Assembly: GCA_963713865.1 (NCBI GenBank)
Contig: OY970208.1
Span: 896,001 to 960,000 of the forward strand
Source: an uncultured candidate division Zixibacteria bacterium
Lineage (GTDB): Bacteria > Zixibacteria > MSB-5A5 > RBG-16-43-9
Length of the DNA: 64,000 nucleotides
Reading direction: 5' to 3'
The position numbers were made by a program, and so were the translations under genes. Below the pieces are notes generated by a model that was not told the origin of the DNA, ran no database searches, and worked only from the letters and a program-made list of their open reading frames with translations. This document shows positions 29,038 to 40,957 of the stretch, piece by piece; the stretch's first letter is position 1; every line of letters begins with the position of its first letter.

Positions 29038-31664
29038 CTATTTTATGATGGCTAACTTTCCACTTGTGCTCCCGGAGGGAAAATCGACCCGGTAATAGTA
29101 AGCTCCGGAGGCTAAGGACCCTCCCCGCTGATTTTTAACATCCCAGACCACATCCGTAGAAGTGTTACCAGAAAGCTCCCGAATTAATTCACCTGATAAA
29201 GTAGTGATAATTATCTTCGAATTTAAAGGGATATTTCGAAAAGTAATAAAACTATCACCCTGAGAAGGTTTAAAAGGATTTGGAAAAACATGAATTGAAC
29301 CGGTGAAAAAAGAGGCTGGATCACTTATTGCAACTAATAAGTCTAAATCGTATACATTGACTCTCCAGAAATATCTCTTCCCCTCTTTTAAATCCCAGTT
29401 AGTTGTCCAGAAGATTACAAGGTCTTCCGGAATGTTTACATAGGGGGAGATAATTGTCCTGCCAGTGCTAAAGGATGCCTCTTCACTGATCTCAAATTTT
29501 GTTCTGATCCTTTCCCGGTCAAAACCGTTATGGATGAACTGAGCATTCAAAGTCGGACGAAGAGAAGTAACTAAATCATCTCCCACCGGTGAAAAAAGGT
29601 AAAGAGCATAGAGTGAATCTCCAATTCCAGTGGAAAGCTGGAAATGATACACCGTAGAGGTCTGGCTAGTATCGGTGGGGTAGGTATTGGTATAAGCCCG
29701 ACTTCTCCAGTAATAGACCCCAGAAGAGAGCTGGGTTGGAACAGTCCATTTGGTGGTACTGTCCTGGCCCGTTTCTAATTCAAACGGAGTGGACTCCTTT
29801 TTAAGTTGAGAGTCAAACTGGGTATTAGAATCCAGCTCGAAGTAGTAAAGCAAAGGCCTGCCTTCAGGATCCCGAGTGTTCTGGATGATAAGAGTTGGCT
29901 GGGTAGTATCCACAGTTGCACCGTTCTGCGGGGATAAAGGTTGTGGAGGATCAATTTGAGATGGAACCTCTCCACCAGTTGTCTTTATACCTATAAAACT
30001 CTCTGCATTCATTAATGAAATAGTATTAACTGAATCACCAGTTGAATTACCGTTAATGGTTAGCTTATAATAATATCCACCAAGAGGAATCCCTGAAGTA
30101 ACATCAGTATAATTAGAACCGTTTTCAGGTCTGGGTTTCCAAACAATGATACCATTACTAAATGGTCGCTTCCAGATAGTTGCTCCACTAACTGTAGTAG
30201 CTTTGGCAGTATCAGAAGGCACTCCTATATTCCTACCCATAATCCCAAACCACCATTTAGTAGTATCACCTAAAGCTATACCATAAGCAGGTTCGGTATC
30301 ATATAGGAAATAAATGGAATCACCATACATCAATAAATACTGACTATAAGAATTCATCCTATGTCTATTAGCATCACCATTAGTAGTCCCACCTACAGCG
30401 TGCATAAAGTGAAGGTTATAGCTATAAGGAGATTTTTCATATTTTCTTATACTCCCATATTTCGTTGCCCAATTATCAACATAATCATTACCATCCAGCC
30501 AAAATTCGTGCCACAAGCCATCAACTGAGCCACCATAGAGAATAGTATCCCAGCCAGCATGAACTTCATAGTTGTTAACAATTAAAAAACCATCAGTGCC
30601 CAGAACTGTCTTTTATCTGTTTTAAATAAGTTCTCTGTGCTGGTCGCCAGATATCATCGTCATCTAGACCTTCCTGACAAGCACCACCCATAACTATATC
30701 ATCCCACCAGCCAGAGCCAGAACTCCAGGTGCAACAGCTTTTTAGAACATCATCCGGGTATATGTCGGCTGGCTGTCTCGGTCGTGATTTAACTCTGGAG
30801 TGAAATAATCTACCCGCAAACTCTCTCATTTTCCAATGACGACAATTTATCAGGTAATAATCCCAGCTTACCGATGTTCTAATCCTTGCACAGGTATCCC
30901 GCATAGCAACCGCATTATGATTTGTAGCAGAAGGATTATCTACTATAAACCAGAGATAGGTATGAGAAGAAGGCTGGGTATGTAAATAAAGTCTTGTAGT
31001 AGTCGAACTGTCAACAGTTGTGCTAAAAGTATCAGCATTAGCATTCCAGCCCATTTTGACATAAGCATTCTGCCATTTATTAGCAGACCAGGAAATTCTC
31101 GATTGACCACCACCTGCATCCTGAATATAGTAGGGTGCAGAAGTCCTCTGAACGGTAAAATTTGTAGTGGCATTGTTATAGTCATAATCAGCATCCCAAT
31201 CTCTCTGCCAGTTACCATTAACATCGTTGGCTTTATCCCAGCCAGGCACTAATCGGTAACCATCATTTTGGTCGGGGTCGTTTTTGGGATGATAATAAGT
31301 GTTCTGAATAAAATGAGCCATTCCTGAATCTCTATGAACCGAGCCTGAATCAAAATAAGCATATAACCACGCTAAATCACTGCCAGTAAAAATATGGGCT
31401 AATTCATAATCACCAATTACCTGGTTTCTGGTAGAATGATTATAATACCAGTCCTTACCAGTTGTCTGCCAGTCTATATGTTCATCCCAAAAAGTAAACC
31501 AGAACACCTGTTGTTTCCGACCAATCTGGTGTCGAATGGCCATATAGATTGTAAGCACTCTTGTCTGTCCCCCCCAAAGCGATGACAGTGCTAAAAATGA
31601 TAAGTCCTAAACCCAAAAATGTTATAGTCAACATTCGCTTCTTTTCAAACGAGCCTATACGCAT
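29038..31664 (-). CDS. Large secreted glycanase-like protein (about 875 codons) with Ig/FN3-like domains and a T9SS-like C-terminal domain, split by two apparent +1 frameshifts
   Basis: Three ORF-track pieces join if one T is removed near 31490 (YFWDEH) and one A near 30612 (IKTVLG). Signal peptide. WKRPFSNGIIV..P motif. Terminal VFPNPF..LASGAYYY..GKLAIIK. Confidence 0.75.
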
Positions 31665-32028
31665 AATTTATTACCTCCTGTGTAAAAATAAGGAATCGTT
31701 ATTCAATATTACGCAAAAATAATGCCAGTTGTCAAGTAGTTGATTTTTAGCATCTTATAAAAGTTTAATCCTAAATGTTTGTTCAATTTTTATACAAAAA
31801 AATCTAATTCGACTCAAATCCTCCTCTAACCGTTGGAAATATCATCACTTGACCCGATCATTTGAAAATTGAGCTTTTTATCAAATTTCATCAAACAATT
31901 TACTCTGGATAAATAGGAATAGCAACTCGTTCCTATAAAAATTGAAAAAAAGAATATCTTGAAGTTTGACTTAACGAGATTGAGATAGATAATTTCGCTA
32001 TAAAATATTTTCAGCATAGAACCCTAAT

Positions 32029-33396
32029 TTATCTTTGAGTTATACATTTCTCAAAAACAGAACTGAGCTTATGGGTTAGTCTTTTTCTTTCAAATTCCTG
32101 GATGAAGAGCTTATCCTGTTCCACTTTTAACTCACCTTTCAGGAACAATTCATAAGACTCTTTTAGCTTATTTTTAATCCCCTGGTGGTCCTGGGGGTTA
32201 AATACCCAGCCGGATTTTGCTTGCTGGATTATCTTCTCCACCTCCCCCTGGGGTGGGGCTAGGGATAAAATCGGTTTTCCGCTGGCCAGATATTCAAAGA
32301 GCTTTCCGGTCACTACCCCCTTCCAGAAATTTCCATTTGATCCTATGAGATGAAGAAGGAGGTGGCTTTTCAGCAAAAAATTTATGGATGAGTTGTGCTC
32401 CCTATATCCCCAGGATTTGATAACTCCTCCAAGTTGATTCTGAATAATCCAGTCTTTGTATTCTTCCTCTAAGTAACCGACTAAGTCAACCTGAATTTTT
32501 TCTCTTAAACCCGGGTTCTCAGCAAAAAATTCTCTTAATATCTCAAACAGGGGAAAGGCGGTATTTGGGTAGAAATAACCGCAATGACATATATGAAACT
32601 TGCCATCCAGCCATTTATCCTCCTTTTCTCGAGCCCTATCTAAATCTTCGATATCATATCCATTATAGATGACCTCAATCCTCTTAGCCTGAGGATAATT
32701 TTCTTGATGGGTCTTTTTTTGAAATTCGTTTATGGCTATGATGAAGGAGGTATTTGAAAATGCTTTATCCGCTAACGATCTTTCCAATCTCAAGCGCAAG
32801 CTGGAATAAACTTTTCTCATTTTTTCGTACTCCAGCCAATCGTCCCGAATATCCGCCACCCAGGGTTTTTGGGTAAGCTTACTTAAAGCCCAACCCACTA
32901 AATGCGAGGAATGAGGGGGCGAGGTTACATAGATCAAATCAATCTTCTGTGAGTTAATCAGAGAAAAGCCCCTTAGCACTGCAAAAGGGACCCAGCCGAC
33001 TTTTTCGTCTGGAATCCTCAGACCGGAGGTTAGAAATATATATATTCTTTTCAGGAAGTTTCTGAGTTTAGAACCTTGAGAGCTTACCTTTTCAGTTGAA
33101 TGAGACTTATCCTGATTTCCCCCTTTTTTTAACCTTAAAACATGCTTAATCAGGTATAGAAATTTCCTCTCCCATCGAGTGAACTCAAAAGCTGGAGCCC
33201 GATAAACCGGTATGTCAGAAGGAAGCTCTTTTAAAAGGGAATAATCCCAGACCGGGGAGTCAGGATTGGAAACCGAAAGGATTATTGGTTCCCATCCAAA
33301 AAGAGGTAAGTATTTAGCGAACTTTAAGGTCCGATAAACACCCCCTCCTCCTAAGGGAGGGAAATGGTAGGCTATGATCAAAACCTTTTTTCTCAT
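32029..33396 (-). CDS. GT4 glycosyltransferase
   Basis: YHFPP..GGV.R, TSPP, DIRD.W, GKLFEY. Confidence 0.88.
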   Translation of the reverse strand: MRKKVLIIAYHFPPLGGGGVYRTLKFAKYLPLFGWEPIILSVSNPDSPVWDYSLLKELPSDIPVYRAPAFEFTRWERKFLYLIKHVLRLKKGGNQDKSHSTEKVSSQGSKLRNFLKRIYIFLTSGLRIPDEKVGWVPFAVLRGFSLINSQKIDLIYVTSPPHSSHLVGWALSKLTQKPWVADIRDDWLEYEKMRKVYSSLRLRLERSLADKAFSNTSFIIAINEFQKKTHQENYPQAKRIEVIYNGYDIEDLDRAREKEDKWLDGKFHICHCGYFYPNTAFPLFEILREFFAENPGLREKIQVDLVGYLEEEYKDWIIQNQLGGVIKSWGYREHNSSINFLLKSHLLLHLIGSNGNFWKGVVTGKLFEYLASGKPILSLAPPQGEVEKIIQQAKSGWVFNPQDHQGIKNKLKESYELFLKGELKVEQDKLFIQEFERKRLTHKLSSVFEKCITQR

Positions 33397-34875
33397 CTTT
33401 TTTTAAGCTTGAGTTTCTCTAAAAGCTCCGGGATGAAATCTTTAGCCCTTTTCATCTCACCTGAAGTAAAGAAGCCTGATACCCATAGAAGTAAAGGAAA
33501 AATGAAAAGCAAAAGGAATTTGTATAGCAATTCCCTTTTCCAGGAACTGACCTGGACCTGATTAATGATAAAAAGTGATAAAATTGTAACTGAGATTATC
33601 TTTAAAATCCTTATCCACTCATAAGGTATAGGATAGACTCGGACATTGATTATATAAGCTAAAAGGTCCATCAGAAGATAAGAGAAAAAGGTGGCATAAG
33701 CCGCACCCAACATACCGTAAGGCGGTATCAAAAGGAAGTTGAGTAAAAGGTTGAAGATGGCGGCGATACCTATGATCAATGGATTATATTTGGTTTTACT
33801 CTGGATAAATATCCCTACGTTCAAAAGGCTGAAAAACCCATACAACAGGACCGAGAATACTAAAAGAGGTATAACCTTATATGTACCCCAATACTGGGGG
33901 TCTGCCATAATTTTGATGGCTGGATTAGATAGGGCGATTATCCCCAAACTAAAGAAACTACCGATTAAAAGGAAATAGGTGGTCAAGCGGGAAAAGGTTA
34001 AAGGAGCATCCTTCTCCTTGGCTAAAGGGAAATAGATTGAAGGCCAGGTAGTTAAAAAAGGCTGGATTATCAAGAATTCCAAGATGCCGGAGAATCTACT
34101 CCCTAAAGAATACAGACCAAGCTCAGTAGTAGTGGAAAACCTTTCTAAAAAATACCGGTCAGCCACTGAAAGAACCCAGATGGAAAGCCCACCCGGGATT
34201 AAAGGGAGACCATAATTTAACATATTTTTCAATTTGTAAATAGAGATTTTCAAGGAGAGGTTTTTATAGATTAAGAAGAAAGTTAGAATTGAGATCAAAA
34301 TGGAAGTATATAGATTGCCATAGACGACGCCAGAGAGTCCCATTTTAAGTTTTAAGATGAAGTAGATATTGAAAGAGACATTTAATAAAAACCTCAAGAT
34401 AGATACTAAGCTGAATTTTACTGACTGAAGCTTAGCCCGAAAAAGCTGAAAGGTGATGGTGGAGAGGGTATTAAAGAACCCAGTATAAATGGTTAACCGC
34501 ACTAGGAGGGTATAGTCTTTAGATTGAAAAAGTAGATTATTTATCTGTTCTGGCGAAAAGGGAGATGGCTCCTAAGAAAATAAAAGTGGACAGAAGAAGA
34601 TAAAGATAAGAGGTGCTGATCACCTCCTTTTTCTCCTCCTCACTATCTTTATAATCAAAAGAGTAAGCCCGGAAGAAGGAGGTCTGCATACCCTGTTGCA
34701 CCAATATTATGATTATGGTTAAACTTACAGATAGAAGTTCTAAGATCCCGTAATCTGCCGGACTTAAATAGCGGGTATATATAGGCAGAAGGAAAAATCC
34801 AACTGCTTTAGCTAAGAGGTCTGCAGTGCTGTAAATAGCAGTATGTTTGGCTATGGTCTTTAAGGTCCTATACAT
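33393..34875 (-). CDS. wzx: Wzx-type polysaccharide flippase, split by one apparent +1 frameshift
   Basis: LLPIYTRYLSPADYG N-terminus and DRYFL..GLYSLG. Deleting one base near 34550 restores ARQINNLLFQSKDYTLLVRL. Confidence 0.8.
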
Positions 34876-34876
34876 A

Positions 34877-35800
34877 TTAGCAATTTCGGTAAATTGAAAG
34901 GCATTTTAGAGCTATCTTTTGAATATCATGATAGTTTTCTACGTAAATCCTGCCTTTTCCCCCTAACTCTTTCCTTAACTTCTCATCCTCAATCAGTTTT
35001 TTAAGATTTTCCTTCAAATTATCCGTACAGGTGTTCATCACTGGAAGCTCCTTCGGATATAATGAGGAAACCTCTTCCTTAATAAACACACAGACTGGCT
35101 TTTTCAAAGCCATCCCCTCAACTGCAAAGTTACCATAAGCTCCTATGATGATCTGATCCATAAAGATATCCCCTTTTTGATAATAAGATTTTAAACTCTC
35201 ATAAGATTTCCCCTCAATTAAAGAAAGCTCCACCGGGTAACCTTCTCTTTTCAATTCCTCTATAGTTGAGATGATTAAGTCAGTACCTTTCTTTTTTCGA
35301 TGGCTTGGAGCATGGATTATGATGACGGCTCTCTCCTTTTTCTCAATTGATAGAGGTTTCCAGTAGTCCAGATCGATTGGCTGGGGTATCCAGATCCCAT
35401 CCGGAACATACTCAAGCAGGTCCGGAGTAGAGACCAGATGAGCATCTGCAAATTTTATGCGGGGATGCATCTTTTTAACTCTAATCTCGCTTCCATGAAA
35501 ATGAAAGATAACCTTTTTACCTAACTTTTTTAATAGAGGGATATCCTTGAATTCCGCGGCGAAAATAGATTCTGAATGAAAATGGAAGATGTCATAGTCC
35601 TGCAGGCATTTTAATAGGAAAAAAAGTTTTTTGGTTCGAGACCAACCACCTTTTTCATCCCTCAAAACGAAATCTACAGGGAAACGTAAGTAAGAGGAAC
35701 GGAAAACTGCAAAGTCACTTCTGTGCCCTAATTTCCTCTGAGCCCGCGATATCTTAGATCCCTGTCCCCCATAATCATGGGGACCGTGTAGAATTCTCAT
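34877..35800 (-). CDS. GT4-like glycosyltransferase
   Basis: HFHGSE, HAPS..KKGT, DQ..GAYG..AVEGMAL. Confidence 0.82.
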   Translation of the reverse strand: MRILHGPHDYGGQGSKISRAQRKLGHRSDFAVFRSSYLRFPVDFVLRDEKGGWSRTKKLFFLLKCLQDYDIFHFHSESIFAAEFKDIPLLKKLGKKVIFHFHGSEIRVKKMHPRIKFADAHLVSTPDLLEYVPDGIWIPQPIDLDYWKPLSIEKKERAVIIIHAPSHRKKKGTDLIISTIEELKREGYPVELSLIEGKSYESLKSYYQKGDIFMDQIIIGAYGNFAVEGMALKKPVCVFIKEEVSSLYPKELPVMNTCTDNLKENLKKLIEDEKLRKELGGKGRIYVENYHDIQKIALKCLSIYRNC

Positions 35801-36105
35801 CTTTTTACCCTGGATATTCCTGGCAAAACCAAGCTGACAAGTTTTCTAATTTTGTCAATCAGTTACCAATTTGAAGTTCTCTTCATTTCTGCCTTTCGAT
35901 TTCTTAAAACGTTCGATGGCTTTTGCATTAGGAAACGAAATCCAGCAATAAATCTTGGTGCACGAGTGCTTTTTTCTAGGTATAAGGTAAAGCCGACTTT
36001 CTTTTGAATCAAGTCCTTTTTTAGTTGAATTAGAGGTCGGTTATAGATTGAAATTGCCACACACATACAATATATATAAAAGACTTTCTTTTCAACTTTC
36101 CAAGA

Positions 36106-37140
36106 CTAACATAATAAAAGCTCCCTGACGATCAGGGATTTCCATGCGGACATTGGCAAAGTCGTCCTTCTCAAGAAAAAAGGATCAAAATTGGATAAGT
36201 TCACCCTCCTCCAGCCAGCACAGGCACATTCATATTTTAAATTGATTAAAATAGGTCTAACCCGAAGGTGTGTTTCAAAATGGGCCTCGACGGGATAAGC
36301 AAAACTAACCACCTTGACTTTAATGTTATCTTCAATAATCTCTTTGGATTTAGCTAATTCCTCCTTAACCCTTTCCAGGGAGGCAAATTTAAGGTTCAGA
36401 TGAGAACAGGTATGAGACCCGAAACTGATACCTTGCCGGGACATCTCCACTATTTGATCCCAGCTTAAGTTTCTTGGTTTTGCTAATTTCACATGCTGAT
36501 CTGTCAGCAGGAGTTCTTTAAGTTTTTCGATCTTTTCCTGTCTTAATCCCTCCTCGATGCTCTTTAAATAGAACTCCAGAGATTCCAGAAATTGTTCTCT
36601 ACGTTTAAAATCTTTCTCTGTTTCATTGAACTGTTTTGCCAGTTTCTCTCCAATAACAGGAATCAAAACGGATGCGGATTCACCTGACGGAACAGCATAA
36701 GCTATGACCTGATGCAACTCATCCCACCAAAATATTCTCTGGTTGTTGATAAAATCGGTGGGCAAAAACACGGTAGCTGGGAAATTATATTTTTTTAGCA
36801 GGGGAAAGGCTATGGTGTAAAAGGATTCATAACTATCATCGAAGGTAATCGCTATAAACTTATCCTTCAACTCTTTTCCCCTTTTCAAAAACTTTATGCC
36901 CTCTTCCAGCGATACAACCTGGTAGGACTTCTTCAAAATCTCCAGTTGGAGTTCGAGTTGCTGGGCAGTGATCTCGGGCCTGAGGTTAACAGGATGACTG
37001 GCTCCATCCGAGATGTTGTGATAGGCCAGAATTATCAATTTCCCTTCCTCCGGATTGTTCAATTTCTCCCAGAACCTAACAAGGTGGTAATATCCAGAGT
37101 AGTATAGAATACTTTTAGCTAAATTTTTAATTTTCTCCAT
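36106..37140 (-). CDS. Polysaccharide deacetylase
   Basis: LAYH, ITFDDSY, GSHTCSH, FAYP. Confidence 0.88.
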   Translation of the reverse strand: MEKIKNLAKSILYYSGYYHLVRFWEKLNNPEEGKLIILAYHNISDGASHPVNLRPEITAQQLELQLEILKKSYQVVSLEEGIKFLKRGKELKDKFIAITFDDSYESFYTIAFPLLKKYNFPATVFLPTDFINNQRIFWWDELHQVIAYAVPSGESASVLIPVIGEKLAKQFNETEKDFKRREQFLESLEFYLKSIEEGLRQEKIEKLKELLLTDQHVKLAKPRNLSWDQIVEMSRQGISFGSHTCSHLNLKFASLERVKEELAKSKEIIEDNIKVKVVSFAYPVEAHFETHLRVRPILINLKYECACAGWRRVNLSNFDPFFLRRTTLPMSAWKSLIVRELLLC

Positions 37141-37207
37141 AGCTTAGCAACAGCCAAACGAAATCAGAGGTACGGTTAATAATGGTCGAAAAAAAGGTGT
37201 TTTTTGA

Positions 37208-38344
37208 TCAAGCTTCTAAGTCCCTTTCTACCTCGCTATTGTTTCTGAAAATCCCTCTCAGGCTTCGCAGGAAGGGTAAGGCTTTGTTCTTTGCAAACAT
37301 AACTACCCTTCCTTTAATATTTTGGTTCCCGAGCGTGACAGTCACATGTTTGCGGATTTTCCGACACCATTCCATCTTATAGGGGTCATCGTCACCCCCC
37401 ATGTCGTATTCGCAAGTTTCAGGTTTACTAAACAGATCTTTAACTATCGCGATTCTCAAACTGTTGCCCGGTGAATAATAATTGTATTCCTCATTATAAT
37501 CACATCTCAGCAGTAAATACTTATTGTTGTCCCTTAATAGATACTCGAAACCGATGAGCTCCTTATTGATCCTGATAGTGTATAGTGTGATCCAGTCATG
37601 TACCAAGCCGATCGGGGTAAAATTGACATAGAGTTGGCCCTGCGCAGAATCAAAAGTAAGATGATCGCCGAAATCCGCCTTCCAGCTTTTACGGGAAATA
37701 TCAAACATATCCTGAAGAAACATCTTGAACGCCTCAGGTGTAGCGATTCGGTTGATTTCGTACGAGTCCGCCTTCTCAAGGCGTCTCAAGCACATACGGT
37801 TGAGGTATTTCCGGCGTTCTGGCGATAGCTGGTTCCAATAATCCTCCCAGCTACCTTCAGTCGTCAAAAACGGAGAATTGAATCCTCTGGTAATTTGACA
37901 GTTGTACTTGTTCAGGTGGTGGTTCACCAGTCCAAGAAAGTTGCGGGTAGTCTCGATATCTGTATATAAGTTCTCCGCCACAAAAACATCCCAGCAGTCA
38001 AGTTGTAAAATATGCGTCACCAGCTCCGCCACAAGAGCCGGATCAGCGGTTATGAAGTTTACTGTCAGACCGAGATCAGAAGCCAGAAAACCGATTCCAT
38101 TAGTCTTAATTTTTCTAAAGAGAAAAGATTTTCTGAATATCGGTGCAACAGCAGTCAGTAGGCCGTCAACCCAGATAGCGATAATCGACAATGAGCTTTC
38201 CAGGCGATAAGCCTTTATAAACTCCGCAAACCACTGGTGTTTCATGAAAATATGAGAAACTTCGGAGTTGATAACCAGTTCATTCCAGGCCTGCTCAAGC
38301 TCCAAAAACTTATCAAATGCTGTAATAACTTTGTATGTAACCAA
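37208..38344 (-). CDS. GNAT acetyltransferase (CelD/BcsL, Acetyltransf_6-like)
   Basis: WNEL..FMKHQW, SWEDYW, YSPG, YDMGG..YK.EW. Confidence 0.8.
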   Translation of the reverse strand: MVTYKVITAFDKFLELEQAWNELVINSEVSHIFMKHQWFAEFIKAYRLESSLSIIAIWVDGLLTAVAPIFRKSFLFRKIKTNGIGFLASDLGLTVNFITADPALVAELVTHILQLDCWDVFVAENLYTDIETTRNFLGLVNHHLNKYNCQITRGFNSPFLTTEGSWEDYWNQLSPERRKYLNRMCLRRLEKADSYEINRIATPEAFKMFLQDMFDISRKSWKADFGDHLTFDSAQGQLYVNFTPIGLVHDWITLYTIRINKELIGFEYLLRDNNKYLLLRCDYNEEYNYYSPGNSLRIAIVKDLFSKPETCEYDMGGDDDPYKMEWCRKIRKHVTVTLGNQNIKGRVVMFAKNKALPFLRSLRGIFRNNSEVERDLEA

Positions 38345-38816
38345 AGGACTCCCTTTACTAAGTAATTTAACCCATCTTGATTATCCTAATGTCTATATTC
38401 AATATCTACCTTTAGTGACTAATACCTTTAGATTCCTCAAAAGTTACTTCATCTTATTTACATAAGACAGTCAGGCTCTTCCGATAAGACGCGACTTCCT
38501 GCCTTTGAATTACCAGTTTGGTTACTCAAAAACGTTACCACACTGCTGAAGCGCGGGTTCCTGAAAACAGTCCCCCCCACCAAGAACCACTCGTCCAACT
38601 CGATAAGGGGTAGCCCGGAGAAGATCCATAGTCATTGAGATACCACCTTTGCGCTGTTCTCCTGCCATTACCCTCCAAAACCCGGTTTCCTTCTTTAGCT
38701 TCCATTCATAACTTTGATTGGTCTTTTCTTTCGAATGCTTACTATAGAATCCTTTCTCATACTAAAATCCTGTATCATATGGTCACGAGTAGTTCTACTA
38801 AATACTTGGGAGAATT

Positions 38817-39854
38817 TCATATATCTCTATCCCCTTCCAACAGAAACCAATTACTTTTATTCAAAATAAGCTCGGCGTATGGAGAATTTTTATCAAGATA
38901 AACCATGATCCTCGACTCCTCCTCGCGACAAAAAAACCCAAAGCTTCTTAACTTTTTAACCAAAGTGGGACAACCAAAAAGAAAGATGGATATAGATTCA
39001 ACCTCTTGACCTCTTGAGTAAAGAATAAACTCTGTTAATAAGGTCTCAAAGGTTGGATCGAAATTAAGAAATAACATGTCGATGATAAAACAGACCTGAT
39101 CCTGAAGATAGTAAACTATATATCCCCAGATCTCCTGGTTATCTTTCTGGGTTAGCGAAAAAATATGATAGTGTCTGTGTGGAGATTTTCCATATCTCCA
39201 GTTTAGATATTCTTTAGATCTTTCGCTAATTATGTTAAACTGCTTTGAGGCTTTTTCCCATAAATGATCAAACCTTTGATCAAAAGAGTTTAAACTCTGG
39301 ATAGCGTAGTCTTTCCCTCTTCGGTATCTTGCTTCTTTGGAGAGAATCTTCATTATAAAATCTAAAGGTTTTGACACCAGCCAATGGAGGGCTGAAGCCT
39401 TGAAGTATCTTCTGGTCTTCAGCAATTTCGCCCATCTATCGATTTTGCCCAATAGAAGGTATCCCACTCTAAGCTGGACCAGTTCTGCCTTTCGATTCGA
39501 GATGCCAAAAATGAATTCGAAGTTATTTTGATTCAGGCTGGCAGTAACTGCCCTCTGTAATTTTATAGCGACATTGGAGCCTCTGTGCTCCCGGTTAACT
39601 GTAAAATCCCCGGCTATTCCCACCCATACCTCCCTACCCATTATCCTCATCTTCCGAGGGAATAAGCTCACCGTGCCAACGGATGTTCCTTTTTCGGTCT
39701 CAAGTGCAATCCAGCTTAAAACCTTTCCATCTGGATTTTGTTGATAAATCCAGTCATATCTTTCCTGGGGCAGATGTGGAAAATTATTTTTCCAAAGCAA
39801 AAGAATATCATTCTTATCTCTTTCTAAATCTACACTTACTACTGAATAATTCAT
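38817..39854 (-). CDS. GNAT-family acyltransferase
   Basis: W.YQQNP.G, DFTV..HRG, RS.EYLNWRY, C-terminal GD.D. Start at MNYS (39854) assumed. Confidence 0.78.
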   Translation of the reverse strand: MNYSVVSVDLERDKNDILLLWKNNFPHLPQERYDWIYQQNPDGKVLSWIALETEKGTSVGTVSLFPRKMRIMGREVWVGIAGDFTVNREHRGSNVAIKLQRAVTASLNQNNFEFIFGISNRKAELVQLRVGYLLLGKIDRWAKLLKTRRYFKASALHWLVSKPLDFIMKILSKEARYRRGKDYAIQSLNSFDQRFDHLWEKASKQFNIISERSKEYLNWRYGKSPHRHYHIFSLTQKDNQEIWGYIVYYLQDQVCFIIDMLFLNFDPTFETLLTEFILYSRGQEVESISIFLFGCPTLVKKLRSFGFFCREEESRIMVYLDKNSPYAELILNKSNWFLLEGDRDI

Positions 39855-39875
39855 AGAAAAACACCAGTTCACAGG

Positions 39876-40877
39876 TTAGATTGAGGTAAGTCCCAACTTA
39901 CTTCTCACCTGTTCAACTGTATTAAGGTCTTCAGGAAGATTTATCCTTTTTAAAGCTTCCTGGCGGTCCAGATAACCCTCTCGAACTAATTTTGCCAACT
40001 CAAAGGCATAGGGATGAAAGCCGAACCTTTGTTTATGCACTAAGTTGGCAAATGAATTCAAAAGGCAGTTGGTTGAATTCGAATCTGTGTCAACCGGCAT
40101 ATTCCAACCTAACTCTTCGATCTTTTTGAAAATCTTCTTCTCGTCATATTCCAGAAAGGCTAAAGGGCTGATATTATAAGGAAAAACCTCTTTCTTTTGG
40201 AAATCGTTCTCCTCTAAGAAATATGGATTAATCTTTTCACCTGCGATCTCGACCAGTGGTCCTTTTATAACTTCCTGCATCTGTTTTAGCATAGAGGGGT
40301 TATTCTTAAAAATCGAAGCAGAGATTGGAGCCTGACCTGGCGACCAGCCATAGGTTATAAAGGGTATTTTCTTTTCCAGGGCCAATCTTAGTGTAGTGAA
40401 CTTGACTATCCCCATACAAGATGTGCAGATGGTGCTTGCCCGATCTAAGGTTTTACGGGAGAAGATATCCTCCCTTGTCCCGGTTAAAAAGATTTTTTTT
40501 AAGAGTGCGAAGTTCGGTTTAAAAAATATATGGTCAACTCCTAAATTTTCCACCACTTCACGGATATTCCTTAGAGCCTGTTCTGAAAGGAAACCGTTAT
40601 CAAAGGTTAAGGCTAAGACTTTTAAGTCATATTTTTCTTTTAAAATATATAAAGTATAAGTACTGTCTTTTCCACCGGAATAAGCCATCAGGGTATCGTA
40701 AGAAGAGGAACCTTTATATTTACTCAGAAGCTCATCGAATCGCTGTCTGTATTTCTCCTTCTCCTTTTCCAGATGCTCTTTCCCCTTAAATTCCTGACAG
40801 AAATTACAAACCCCATCTGAATTAAAACTGATACCCGGAAAGGTTTCCGGTAACACGCAATTGCTGCAGATTTTCAT
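39876..40877 (-). CDS. PP-loop N-acetyl-sugar amidotransferase-like (WbpG/PseA-like)
   Basis: CSNC..CNFC; AYSGGKDS PP-loop. Confidence 0.78.
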   Translation of the reverse strand: MKICSNCVLPETFPGISFNSDGVCNFCQEFKGKEHLEKEKEKYRQRFDELLSKYKGSSSYDTLMAYSGGKDSTYTLYILKEKYDLKVLALTFDNGFLSEQALRNIREVVENLGVDHIFFKPNFALLKKIFLTGTREDIFSRKTLDRASTICTSCMGIVKFTTLRLALEKKIPFITYGWSPGQAPISASIFKNNPSMLKQMQEVIKGPLVEIAGEKINPYFLEENDFQKKEVFPYNISPLAFLEYDEKKIFKKIEELGWNMPVDTDSNSTNCLLNSFANLVHKQRFGFHPYAFELAKLVREGYLDRQEALKRINLPEDLNTVEQVRSKLGLTSI

Positions 40878-40928
40878 AACCTTTTCCTCGATTACTCAGG
40901 CAGTTGCTTAATTTGTTAAGTATCTTTT

Positions 40929-40952
40929 TGCTCGATAAATCGAGCAACTACA
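40929..40952 (-). repeat. GTAG REP-like palindrome
   Basis: Minus strand TGTAGTTGCTCGATTTATCGAGCA, one mismatch to the copy at 44991. Confidence 0.75.
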
Positions 40953-40957
40953 GATTC

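Noticed and set aside
31826-32017. 63-aa ORF (and similarly 35863-36066)
   Set aside because: AT-rich intergenic frames with no clear SD or recognisable motif.
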